A DNA stretch of 62,512 nt, the filler included, from Hausera hauseri (taxonomy: Eukaryota): the NCBI GenBank assembly GCA_046269625.1. It is 9 parts of 9 records of this genome, joined end to end, with 100 filler letters (N's around TTAATTAATTAA, not from the genome) between each part and the next. Parts side by side here need not be neighbours in the genome. Positions count along the whole stretch, not along the records: positions 25,424 to 31,340 come from JBJURY010168640.1; positions 31,441 to 41,102 come from JBJURY010319938.1; 7 more parts are not named here. One strand, 5' to 3'. Below the pieces are notes generated by a model. That model did not search any database. It worked only from the letters and a program-made list of their open reading frames with translations, and had not been told where the DNA came from. The translations under genes were made by a program, and so were the position numbers. Position 1 is the first letter of the stretch. Every line of letters starts with the position of its first letter. This document shows, piece by piece, positions 26,161 through 37,400 of this stretch.

Positions 26161-28185
26161 GGGGGGGGGGTGATGCAGTGCTTGAAGGGTAATGGCACAG
26201 TATGGGTTAAAGGATCGGCGAGATTTTCTCCACTATGTAACTGTTTTCATATCATGTCCCAAACTAAACATCAAACCAATAAAAAATTTAAACAGCGAAG
26301 TTAATTCCCGAAATACCATTTTTCAAAAAACTTTAATATGACCCATTTCAATCATTAGGTTCAATCGAAACGTTTAATTCCAGAATCAAAACCGGATCTC
26401 TCGATGGATCAAAAGAAGCGTTAGTTGAAATGACGTCTCGGCGAACAATCATTAAATTAACAGTCACTTCAATCAGTGAACCGTCACCCACAGTCATCAT
26501 ACATATTCACCATCCTCAGGTTCAACCGATCAGATCGCAAATTCTCTATTTGAGTTTCAAAACAACGTCCTAAAGGTTGTAGTAACTCACCGATGAAAAC
26601 TGAAAATTTTGATATACAAAGATTTCTGTTCTTGTGATTTCATAATGGTTGGATCCATTCGTGATGAGCGTGTCGTTCGACTTGATTCATTTGAAATCAT
26701 ACCGACGAGTTGCGTAGTCAACGACTATATTAGAAAATCACAGATGGTATGTTGGGATCATTTCATCTGTGAATTGAGCATCAAATGTCACATAGCACCG
26801 ATCTTTAAAGTTCCAGTTGAACGGATCACAAAATTTATTATTCATTATGGACATAATATCCATGGACACAACACCCACAAAGTCATTCTCAATCTGAAAC
26901 TTAAATTCAATATAACAGAACAGATTTACTTTATGTATAATAGACTGTTTGCAATGAGGCTGAATAAGTACGATTCTCATATCCTATTATATGAAAAGAC
27001 GGCTAGAAAAGCAAAGAAATCATTAGTCAATGACGCTCCATTGCTTTATAATATTAACAATTCATTTAAGTGCCAAACCACATCGGAAAGAGCATTTTCA
27101 AACGTTATCATCATTTTAACATTGTATGAATCAAAATTTGAACTGAAGACATTTAACGTTGCCGTACTTAGTGATCTTGATCTGGGTTATGTAATCATTG
27201 CTAATTTAAATGAGATCTCTTCGGAACTTACATGGGTCAACATTGCCGAAAGTGAATTACTGAATATTAAAAATGTCAGTGAAAATAAAGAAGCATATTT
27301 TAATTCGAAGGGGACCCTTAACATAGAAACATGTGAAATTGAAACCACTGATAACCAAGAGCGTCGTGATCAGTTTAGTGCTTTCAGTAATCAAAGTACA
27401 GAAAGTAGTCTTCCTGACTCGATGGATACAACTACACCGATGCCGTTTAACGTGGCATCAGAAACGCAAATGCTACATGAAGAAATACCGGTGGAGGTGG
27501 AAAGCATTTAGCCACAACATCAGCCGAATATGAACGAAATAACGGAAGCTATTGGTTCAGATCATTACTAAGAGTTAAAAGCAAATATCACTCTAAATAA
27601 CCCAATTCTGTTTCCAGAATATTACTGTATCGATCACGATAAAGTCGTTGACATAATATATGAAGACAAAGTACCAAACACGTTTTCTAAGACGTTTGAA
27701 AAACGTCTTGAAATATTGAAACATCATTTCCGGAATCAAATTATCCCAATAGTTGTTGAAATGCTACGTCAGCCGTTTCAAAATGCTCAAAATCACCTGG
27801 AAGACATGGTGACGAAATTCGACAAATGAAATCTGTATCTTGATTGAATCTTTTCGAAATTGTTCGAATGTTAAATGCTTCAAAAAGGCTCGAAAAAATT
27901 GTTGTGAAGCCCAATTTTTTAGATTGCAATATAAATGGCTAAAATATTACGAAAAGACATTTGCTTCATGCGAGGCGATGAAGTTAATGACCAGCAAATT
28001 GAATATATTAGAAACACGTGTCAGTCTGTCCAATGGACGCTCACTTTCAAGAGTTGGACTTTGAACTTTTTGGACCAGACCACCGTAATGATCCAATGGA
28101 CGTACTGCGAGTCAACAGCAACCTCTCAGACCGACTGGCAGACGTTTTATCATCAGAGGAATCCAATCACAGGTTGGTGAAGTAC
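26161..28185 (+). promoter_or_regulatory. Polypurine tract (G10), candidate LTR of about 2 kb (about 26170-28171) and candidate PBS (TGGTGA at 28175)
   Basis: G10 followed by TGATG; the segment ends ATCACA (GTGAT/ATCAC inverted termini), then GGT-TGGTGA upstream of gag; PBS match to tRNA-Trp is only 6 nt. Confidence 0.5.
26609..27511 (+). CDS. Unknown 300-aa ORF inside the candidate LTR
   Basis: Open for 903 nt in AT-rich DNA; no recognised motif; further decayed coding-like sequence continues to about 28180. Confidence 0.3.
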   Translation: MIYKDFCSCDFIMVGSIRDERVVRLDSFEIIPTSCVVNDYIRKSQMVCWDHFICELSIKCHIAPIFKVPVERITKFIIHYGHNIHGHNTHKVILNLKLKFNITEQIYFMYNRLFAMRLNKYDSHILLYEKTARKAKKSLVNDAPLLYNINNSFKCQTTSERAFSNVIIILTLYESKFELKTFNVAVLSDLDLGYVIIANLNEISSELTWVNIAESELLNIKNVSENKEAYFNSKGTLNIETCEIETTDNQERRDQFSAFSNQSTESSLPDSMDTTTPMPFNVASETQMLHEEIPVEVESI

Positions 28186-28338
28186 TTTTTGCTGATTCGC
28201 GCCCACTAGTGCGACCATTTTTTGCGCATATATAAATCTTTCATAGCCAACACTCTTTCATATTAAAGGATTTTTAAGTTCAATAACTTTGGATATTCCT
28301 TTATCACAATCATCATTTGCTACTACTTCCCCGGATGC

Positions 28339-29698
28339 ATGTCTGACACTTTACTTAACCAAGAAGGAAACCGCCCAAGCCCGCCCCATGCATTTCACCG
28401 TTCTCCTGGGATTGCTTCGCTGCAACTCTCCTTCCTGGTCTTCAGCAACAATCAACACACGATTACATTAAGAGCCGCATTCAACGGCGCAGCCAAATCC
28501 TTATACAACTCGTTATCCTCCTCACTCGACACTTCTGACTTCTATTTCACGCATCAAGGTATCACTGTACATCCTGTCGACTCCCTTTTGTCTTTTGCAA
28601 ACCACGAACGTACAGTCATCCACCTCATGCTCCATTTTCTCCTTCCGGGTGGATCGGACTCAATTCCGTCTTTCTCGGATGATAAATCCACAAATACATA
28701 CAATATTTATCGTCTACCAAATTGTCAACAAACACGAGCCTCGCTAAATCTACCTTGCGTGGATTTCTTTCTTGATAAAAACAACTCCAGCAAACCATAG
28801 CTCCAATTCCACCAACAGTGGCTAAAATCCAACAACATCACCCACTCCTTTGTGAGGGCTAATAGTCTTTTGATACTTCTGCCTGCCAACGTCAAGCAGA
28901 AGATCAGTAACATCTCCGAACTGCTCCAATCATCACCACCATACGAAACACTATGTGAGGCTGTACCCCATATCACCGATCCTTCGAAAGATCACATTAT
29001 ACAAAAATATTTTAACAATCATGCGATAGGAAACCAAAAGCCATCCGATTTTCTCCAAACGACCATTCTAGAGCTTAGCGCTTTAGGAGTAATACCTACG
29101 AATAACGCGAATTTAATTCGCCGTTTTATTTGTCATCTTTGCTTACCTCAATCAGAGCCTTGCTCACTTTGTCGACGAGTCTACTGCTATCGACAAACTG
29201 GCCATAATAACTGACAAATCCTTTGAGATTCTCCACACCAATAATTCTCTCCCAATTGCGGCTGCAACCACATGTGCTTCAACTACAGACACAACATTAT
29301 TCACTCAGCAATTGCAAATAATGCAGCAACAGTTTGACAAGTTACAGCAGTCAATTTCGGCCATTACTACACAACTAAACAATCTTAATGGGCTTCGACT
29401 AAGTGACACCAGACCTTCAAGGGAGCGAAGCACTTCAGGACACTCGACTCGATCCATTTCACCTGGCGAACGTATGACTTGCTTCTATCACATGCGTTTT
29501 TAAAAGGATGCAAGGAAATGCTTCTTGGGCTGTTGATTCTATAGCAAGTAATACGCTGTAAACAACCATATTTGCATATACCACAACAAATGTCAATCAC
29601 AGGCCAGATCGTGTGTGCCTTGTTGTAAACACTACAAAGAAAAATTTCCTCCTTTTCCTTCCTTTTCTTCCTTTTCTCCAATTCCTTCAAAAAACTAA
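28339..29698 (+). pseudogene. gag: UBL(GG)-Gag, copy B
   Basis: UBL at 28420-28653 (LQLSFLVF...DFYFTHQG...HLMLHFLLPGG), then CVDFFLDKNNSSK, GNQKPSDFL and two CHCC-type knuckles. Confidence 0.8.
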
Positions 29699-31440
29699 TA
29701 ATGCCGCAAGATTTTGCGTCACTTTCTGGCGCAGGCAATGTGGCTCAATCTTCTGGCTGTTTCAACACTGCCACTGCAGTCTTTCTGTTAAAAGCTGCAT
29801 TATTATGCAGAGATACCTCACATATCAAATTCCTAATAGATTCAGGATCTGCCTTTTCACTCTTCCCCTTGTCCTTTACTCCTACATCAACTATGATTTC
29901 CTGTCCACCGCTCTTCACTGCCAGTGGGCAACCGTTGCACGCTGCAGGAACCACGGAACTCACTTTCACAATTGCCAACTTTCCAGATAAGTTTGTCTGG
30001 AAGTTCTACGTGGTCAATATTAAATCGCCCATAATAGGCCCAGATTTTCGTGCCGCACATAATTTATTGGTCGATTGCAAATATTGTTGTCTTCTGAGCA
30101 GGAACTTGATGACAATTCGAAACATGTCTCGCAGACATTCTATCAAACACCTCAATGCACTCTTCTATATAAATATACTAAATACCTCGACAAATGCTAA
30201 CGAGTATAACAATCACAAATCAATTTTAAAACAAAAATCCAAACTGAATATTGACAGTGGCAATGCCGGTTGTTCTTAGTCAATTACTGCAACTGTTTCG
30301 TCTGATGATATGCCTCATTCATTTTTATCTCTAGACTCCGATCTTAAATCATACGTCGCAACGTCTTCCTTTCGCATAGTTAAAAGGGACGTCAATTTCA
30401 AGCCTCCATTTACAAACTTATCACCATATAGTAACAGAGCATCAGAGGCCTATCAAACAAAAGATCAGACCCTTGTCGCCACGCAGACGTAAAGCTGTGA
30501 AACAGAAATTCAATGAACTGGAAAAGTCTGGCATCATTCGGAGATCTAATTCACCTTGGGCTTCTCCTCTTCATGTAGTAATAAAGAAAGATGGTACCTA
30601 CAGGCCATGTGGTGACTATCGCCAATTAAATAATCTAACTATTACAAATGCCTATCCACTACCACTCATTAAGGATATTCTTCATAGCCTCAATAACACA
30701 AATACCTACTCTACTATTGATGTGCATAAGGCCTACCATCAAATTCCTGTCGCACCTGATCATATTCCACAAACTTCTGTCATCACACCATTTGGTCCTT
30801 ATGAATACATCTTCATGCCTTTTGGCCTACGTAGCGCATATCAAACCTTTCAGCGTCACATTGACACCGTTCTCTCAGGTCTTGACTTTGCTCACCCTTA
30901 CATATATGACATATTAGTCGCTTCCACCTCGATCAAACAACATCATGAGCACCTTAGAATTATTTTACACAGATTGCATCAAAATAACCTGCAAATTAAT
31001 TTCGAAAAATGCAATTTCTTCCAGAAACGCGTAAACTTCCTAGGCCACATAATTACTTCCGGAGGTCATAACTGGACCTCAATTTTTTCTCTTGTCCTAC
31101 TCGGTTGGCGAAACACGCCATGTACCACCACAGGTTGTGTTTCATCTGAGGCTCTCTTTGGGATACCAATTCGTGCCATATTCGAGCTTTCCGATGTCGA
31201 TGAAAGTCCGTTAGGTGACGTTATTCGTGCACACAGTCCCACTTTGTAGATGTAAACTCAAACGCCTTTTGCCGTCTTATAAATAAAGACAAATCTTATA
31301 TTCCAGAGGACTTATACTCAGCCAAGTTTGTATGGCTGAANNNNNNNNNNNNNNNNNNNNNNNNNNNNNNNNNNNNNNNNNNNNTTAATTAATTAANNNN
31401 NNNNNNNNNNNNNNNNNNNNNNNNNNNNNNNNNNNNNNNN

Positions 31441-34400
31441 CACGTTCCTTCTTTCTTTCTTTCCTTCATTCCTTCGTTCGTTCGTGCGATCGTTTATTCA
31501 TTATTCCTTCCTTTGTTCTTTCGTTCGTTCATTCCTTCGTTAGTTCGTTTCTTCTTTCTTTCTTTCGCTTGTTCCTTCGTTCGTTCGTGCGATCGTTCAT
31601 CCGCTAGTTCGTTCGTTCGTTCGTTCTTTCGTTCGTTCGTCCTTTCGCTCATTCATTCGTTCAATCGTTCGGTCTTTCGTTCGTTCGTTGGTTCGTTCGT
31701 TCGTTCGTTCCTTCGTTCGGTCATTCGTTCCTTCATTATTTCATTCCTTCTTTCTTTCGATCATATCTTCGTTCGCTCGTGCGATCGTTCATTCGTTCGC
31801 TCTTCCGTTCCTTCGTTCGCTCTTTCCTTAGTTCGATCTTTCGTTCGTTCGTTCTTTCATTTGCTTTTGAGTTCCTTCGTTCTTTCGTGCGTTCGATCGT
31901 ATATTCCATCGTTCGTTTTGTCGTTCGTTCTTTCGTTCGTTTATTCCTTCTTTCTTTCTTCTGTTCGTTCCTTCGTTCGTTTGTGCGATCGCTAATTCTT
32001 TCGTTCATTCGTTCCTTTGTTAACTCGTTCCTTCTTTCTTTCTTTCTTTCATTCCTTCGTTCGTTCGTGCGATCGTTTATTCATTATTCCTTCCTTTGTT
32101 CTTTCGTTCATTCGTTTCTTCGTTCTTTCGTTCCTTCTTTCTTTCTTTTCTTCGTTCCTTCGTTTGTACGTTCTGTCGTTTGCTTATTCGTTCGTTCAAT
32201 CGTTCGTTCGTTTGTTCCTTCCTTCGTTAGTTCGTTTCTTCTTTCTTTCTTTAGTTTGTTCCTTTGTTCGTTCGTGCGATCGTTCATCCGCTCGTTCGTT
32301 CGTTCGTTCGTTCTTTCGTTCTTTCGTTCGTTCGTTCATTCATTTGTTCATTATTTCATTCCTTCTTTCTTTCTTTCGATCGTTCCTTCGTTCGTTCGTT
32401 CGGTCATTTGTTACTTCATTATTTCATTCCTTCTTTCTTTCTTTCGATCATTCCTTCGTTCGCTCGTGCGATTGATCATTCGTTCGCTCTTCCGTTCCTT
32501 CGTTCGCTCTTTCATTAGGTCGTTCCTACGTTCTTTCGTTTGTTCGTTCGTTTCATCTTTCTTTCATTAATTCGTTCTTCTGTTATTTCAGTCGTACTTT
32601 CATTCGTTCCTTCGTTCGTTAGTTCATTCTTTCTTTCTTTCGTTCGTTCCTTCGTTCATTCGTTCCTTCGTTAACACGTTCCTTCTTTCTTTCTTTCCTT
32701 CATTCCTTCGTTCGTTCGTGCGATCGTTTATTCATTATTCCTTCCTTTGTTCTTTCGTTCGTTCATTCCTTCGTTAGTTCGTTTCTTCTTTCTTTCTTTC
32801 GCTTGTTTTTTCGTTCGTTCGTGCGATCGTTCATCCGCTAATTCGGTCGTTCGTTCGTTCTTTCGTTCGTTCGTTCTTTCGCTCATTCATTCGTTCGTCC
32901 ATTCGGTCGTTCGGTCGTTTGTTTGTTGTTTCGTTCGTTTGTTCTTTCTTTCGTTTCTTTGTTCGATCGTTCGTTTGTTCTCTCGTTTTTTCGTACATTC
33001 GTTCGTTCGTTCTTTTGTTCGTTCTTTCGTACGTTCCTTCGTTTGTTCGTTCATTTGTTCGTTCTTTCGTTCGTTCCTTCGTTCGATCGTTTGTTCGTTC
33101 CTCCCCCCTTTCGGTCGTTTATTCCGTCGGTCGTTAGTTCGCTCTTTCGTTTGTTCGTCCGTTCGTTCCTTCGTTCGTTTGTACGTTTCTTCTTTCTATC
33201 ATTTTTTCGTTCGTTTGCTCTTTCACTTGATGGTTCGCTCGATCGTTTATTCTTTCGTTGCATCAATCGTTCTTTCTTTCTTTAGTTCTATCGCTCATTC
33301 TTTTGTTCTTTCGTTCGTTCATTCGTCTGTTCATTCGTTAGTTCTTTCGTTCCTTCGTTTGGTCGTTCGTTTATTCGTTCGTTCGTTCGTTCTTTCGTTC
33401 GTTTCGTCGTTCGATTATTCGTTCTTTCGTTCTCTCTTTCGATTGACCGTTCGTTCTTTCTTTCGTAGTTTTGTTCGTTCGTTTGTTCTTTCTTTCCTTC
33501 GTGCGTTCATTGCTTCGCTCGTTCGTTCTTTCGTTCGTTCGTTCGCTTTTTCACTTGTTTTTTCGTTCGTTTGTCCGCTCGTTCGTTCCATCGTTCATTA
33601 GGTCTTTCGTTCGTTCGATCGCTCTTTCTTTCATTTGTTCGTTCGTTCGTTCGATCTTTCGTTCTTTTGTTCGTTCGTTCTTTCATTTGTATGTTCATTC
33701 GTTCTTTCGTTCATTTGTTCCTTCTTTCGTTCGTTGCTTCGTTCGTTCGTTTCTTCGTTCCGTCTTTCTTTCTTTCTTTCGTTCGTTGGTGCGTTCGTTC
33801 GTTTCTTCGTTTTTTTGTTCTTTCGTTCTGTCGGTCGTTCGATCGTTCGTTCGTTCTTTCTCTCTTTCGTTCGTTTGTTCGTTCGTTCTTTTCTTTCTTC
33901 GTTCGCTCGTTTGTTCTCTCGTTTGTTCGTTCGTTCGATCCTTATTTCTTTCTATCTTTCGCTCGTTCTCTCGTACGTTCGCTCGTCCGTTCGTTCCTAC
34001 GTTAGTTCTTTTGTTCTTTCTTTTGTTCGTTCGTTCTCTCTTTCGATCTTTCGTTTTTTCCTTATTGCCTTTGTTCGTTCATTCGTTTGTTCTCTCATTC
34101 GTTCCTTCTTTTCTTCTTTATTTCATTCTTTCGTTCGTTCGTTTCTTGGTTCGTTCCTTCATTCGTTCGTTCCATCCTTCGATCGTTCGCTAGTTCGTTC
34201 ATTCGTCGTTCGTTCGTTTGTTCCTTCTTTTGTACATTCGGTCGTTCATTTGTTCGTTTGTTTTTTCCTTCTTCAGCAAATCGCTCTTTCGTTCGTTCGT
34301 TCGTCCTTTCTTTCGCTCATTTGATCGCTCGTTCGTTCGATCGTTCGTTCGTTCTCTCTTTCGATTGACCGTTCGTTCTTTCTTTCGTAGTTTTGTTCCT

Positions 34401-37400
34401 TTGTTCCTTCTTCTTTTCCTTCATGCGCTCATTGCTTCGCTCTTTCGTTCTTTCTTTCTGTCGTGCGTTCATTGCTTCGCTTGTTCGTTCTTTCGTTCGT
34501 TCGTTCACTCTTGCGCTTGTTCCTTCGTTCGTTCGTCCGCTCGTTCGTTCCATCGTTCATTAGGTCTTTCGTTCATTCGATCGCTCTTTCTTTCATTTGT
34601 TCTTTCGTTCGTTTGTTCGGTCCTTCGTTCATCAGAACGCTCTTTCATTCGTTCGTTCGTTTGTTCGTTTGATCGTTCGTTCTTTTGTTCCTTCGTTCTT
34701 TCATTCGTATGTTCATTCGTTCTTTTGTTCATTTGTTCCTTCTTCCGTTCGTTCGTTTGTTCGTTCGTTTATTCGTTCGTTCGTCTCGTCCTTTTTTCGT
34801 TCGTTCATCCGGTCGGACGTTAGTTCATTCTTTCGTTCCTTCGTCCGTTCGTTGCTTCGTTCGTTCGTTCCTTCGTTCGATCGTTCGTTTCTTCGTCCGA
34901 TCATTCGTTCTTTCGTTCTCTCTTTCGCTTGACCGTTCGTTGTTTCTTTCCTTCGTTCTTTCCATTGGTCCGTCGTTATTTCGTTCGTTTGATCGCTCTT
35001 TCTTTCGTTCGTTCTTTCGTTCCTTCGTCCGTTCGTTGCTTCCTTCTTTCGTTTCTTCGTTCGTTCGTTCTTTCCTTCTTTATTTCGTTCGTTCGTTAGT
35101 TCGTTTCTTTTTTCGTTCGCTCGTTCGTTGTCTCATTTTTTCATTCGTTCGTTCTTTATTTATTTCTATCGTTCGTCCATTCTCTCGTACGTTCGCTCGT
35201 TCTTTCGTTCCTACGTTAATTCTTTTGTCCTTTCTTTTGTTCGTTTGTTCGCGTTTTCGGTACTTCGTTCTTTCGTTCCTTCCTTTGTTCGTTCGATCGT
35301 TCGTTTTTTCGTTCGTTCGCTCTTTCATTCGTTCGCTCGTTCGATCGATCGTTCTTTCTTTCTTTCATTCGTTCGTTGGTTCGTTTGTTCCTCCTATCTT
35401 TCTTTCGTTAGATCGTTCGTCCCTTCGTTCTTTCGTTCGTTAGTTTCCTCGTTCGATCGTTCGTTCTTTCTCTCATTCGTTCAATCGTTCGTTCTTTCCT
35501 TCGTCCCTTCGTTCGTTCGTTCGTTCGTTCGTTCCTTCGTTCGTTTTTCCGTTTCTTCGCTCGATCATTCGTTTGTTTGTTCGCTTTTTCGCTTCTGCGT
35601 TCGTTCGTTCGTTCCATCGTTGGTTCTTTCTTCTGTTCGTTTGATCGTTCTTTTGTTTGTTCGTTCGTTCATTCGTTCAATCGTTCGTTCTTTTGTTCGT
35701 TAGTTTTTTCGTTCGATCGTTCTTCCGTTCTCTGATTCGTTCATTGTTTTGGTCGTTCCTGCGTTATTTCTTTCATTTGTTCGTTCAATCGTTCCTTTTT
35801 TCTTTCTTTCTTTCTTTCGTTGTCTCGTTCGTTCCTTCTTTGGTTCGTTTGTTCGTTCTTTCTTACACTCGTTCTTTCTTTCCTTAGGCCTTTCATTCGT
35901 CCATTCATTCTTTCGTTCTTTCCTTCATTCCATCGTTCCTTCGTTTGTTAGATCGTTATTTAGTTCTTTCTTTCCTTATTTCATTTTTTTCATTCGTTCG
36001 TTTTTTCGTTCTTTTGGTCCTTCTTCTATTAGTTCGTTCGTTTTTTCGTTTGTTCGTTCGTTTGTTCATTCATATATTCTTTCATTCGTTGGTTTATTCG
36101 TTCTTTTTTTGTTCGTTCGTTCGTTTTTTCGTTTGTCCTCTCGTTCGTTCCATCATTTTTTCGTTTGTTCGTTCGTTCTTTCTTGCCTCAGTTCGTTCTT
36201 TAATTATTTCGTTCATTCGATCTTTCAATCGTGCGTTGTTTCTTTCATTCTTTCCTTCGTTCTTTCTTGCTTTCCTTCGTTTGTTCTTCTCTTCGTTTGT
36301 TCGTTCGTTATTTCCTTCGTTCATTCGTTATTGCGTTCCTCCTTTCTTTCGTTCCTTTCTTCGTTCGTTCGTTCGTTTGTTCGTTCATTCGTTCGTTCAT
36401 TCATTTTTTCATTCGTTCGTTTATTTGTTCGTTCGATTGTTCGTTCGCTCTTTCTTTCATTCCTTCGTTCATTCGTTCGTTCTTTCATTGGTTTTTTCGT
36501 TCTTTCTACCGTTCGTTCGTTCCTTCATTCGTTCTTTCTTTCTTTCGTTCTTTTCTTCGATCGTTGTTCGTTCATTCGTTCGTTCTTTAGTTCTTTCTTT
36601 CTTTCTTTCTTTCGTTGTTTTGTTCGTTCGTTTTTCATTCATTCGTTCTTTCTTTCGTTTATTTGTTTTGTCTTTCATTCGTCCGTTTGCTCGTTCGTTC
36701 GCTCCTTTTTTCGTTTGTTCCTTCGTTCGTTAGTTCATTCTTTCGTTCGTTCTTTCGTTCGTTCTTTCAATCATGCTTTGTTTCTTTTGTTCTTTCCTTC
36801 GTTATTTCTTGCTTTCCTTCGTTCGTTCTTTCCTTCGTTTGTTCGTTCCTTCGTTCTCTCTTCCATTCGTTCGTTCGTTCATTCGTTCTTACTTTCGTTA
36901 TTTTGTTTTTTAGTTCGTTCATTTGTCATTCATTCGTTCTTTCTTTCTTCGTTCGTTTCTTCGTTCTTCCTCCCGTTCGTTCATTCTTTCTTCGTTTGTT
37001 CCTTCGGTCGTTAGTTCGTTCTTTCGTTCGTTCGTTCTTTCTTTCCTTTGTTCTTTTTTGCCTTCGTTCCCTCGTTTGTTCGTTGGTTCGTTCCTTCGTT
37101 CGTTCTTTCCTTCATTCGTTTGTTTCTTTTTTCTTTCGTTTTTTCATTTCTTCGTTCGTTCCTTATTTCATTTGTTCGTTCGTTCATTCTTTCTATCCTT
37201 CGTTCATTCGTTCGTTCGTTCGTTCTTTCGTTCGTTTATTCGTACTTCACTTCTTTCCTTTTTTTGTTCCTTTTTTCATTATTTCGTTCGTTCGTATTTT
37301 CGTTCTTTCATTCTTTCGTTTGTTCCTTTGTTTTTCCTGCGTTATTTTATTGATTCGCTCGTTCGTTCGTTTGATCTTTCGTTCGTTCCTTTATTCGTTC

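Larger units (their letters stand above)
25424..31340 (+). mobile_element. Circularly permuted, internally deleted CsRn1-like Gypsy element (3' end - PPT - candidate LTR - candidate PBS - UBL-Gag - PR - RT - deletion - IN tail)
   Basis: First 77 nt (25424-25500) equal the last 77 nt (31264-31340); FLIDSGS protease, PCGDYRQLN, PYIYDILV; RT GHII joined directly to IN tail VLLGWRNTP; homologous to 15903-20670. Confidence 0.9.

Noticed and set aside
15903-31340. PIWI gene embedded among transposons as a piRNA cluster or defence island
   Set aside because: PIWI and the neighbouring elements are on different contigs separated by linkers, so there is no evidence of physical linkage
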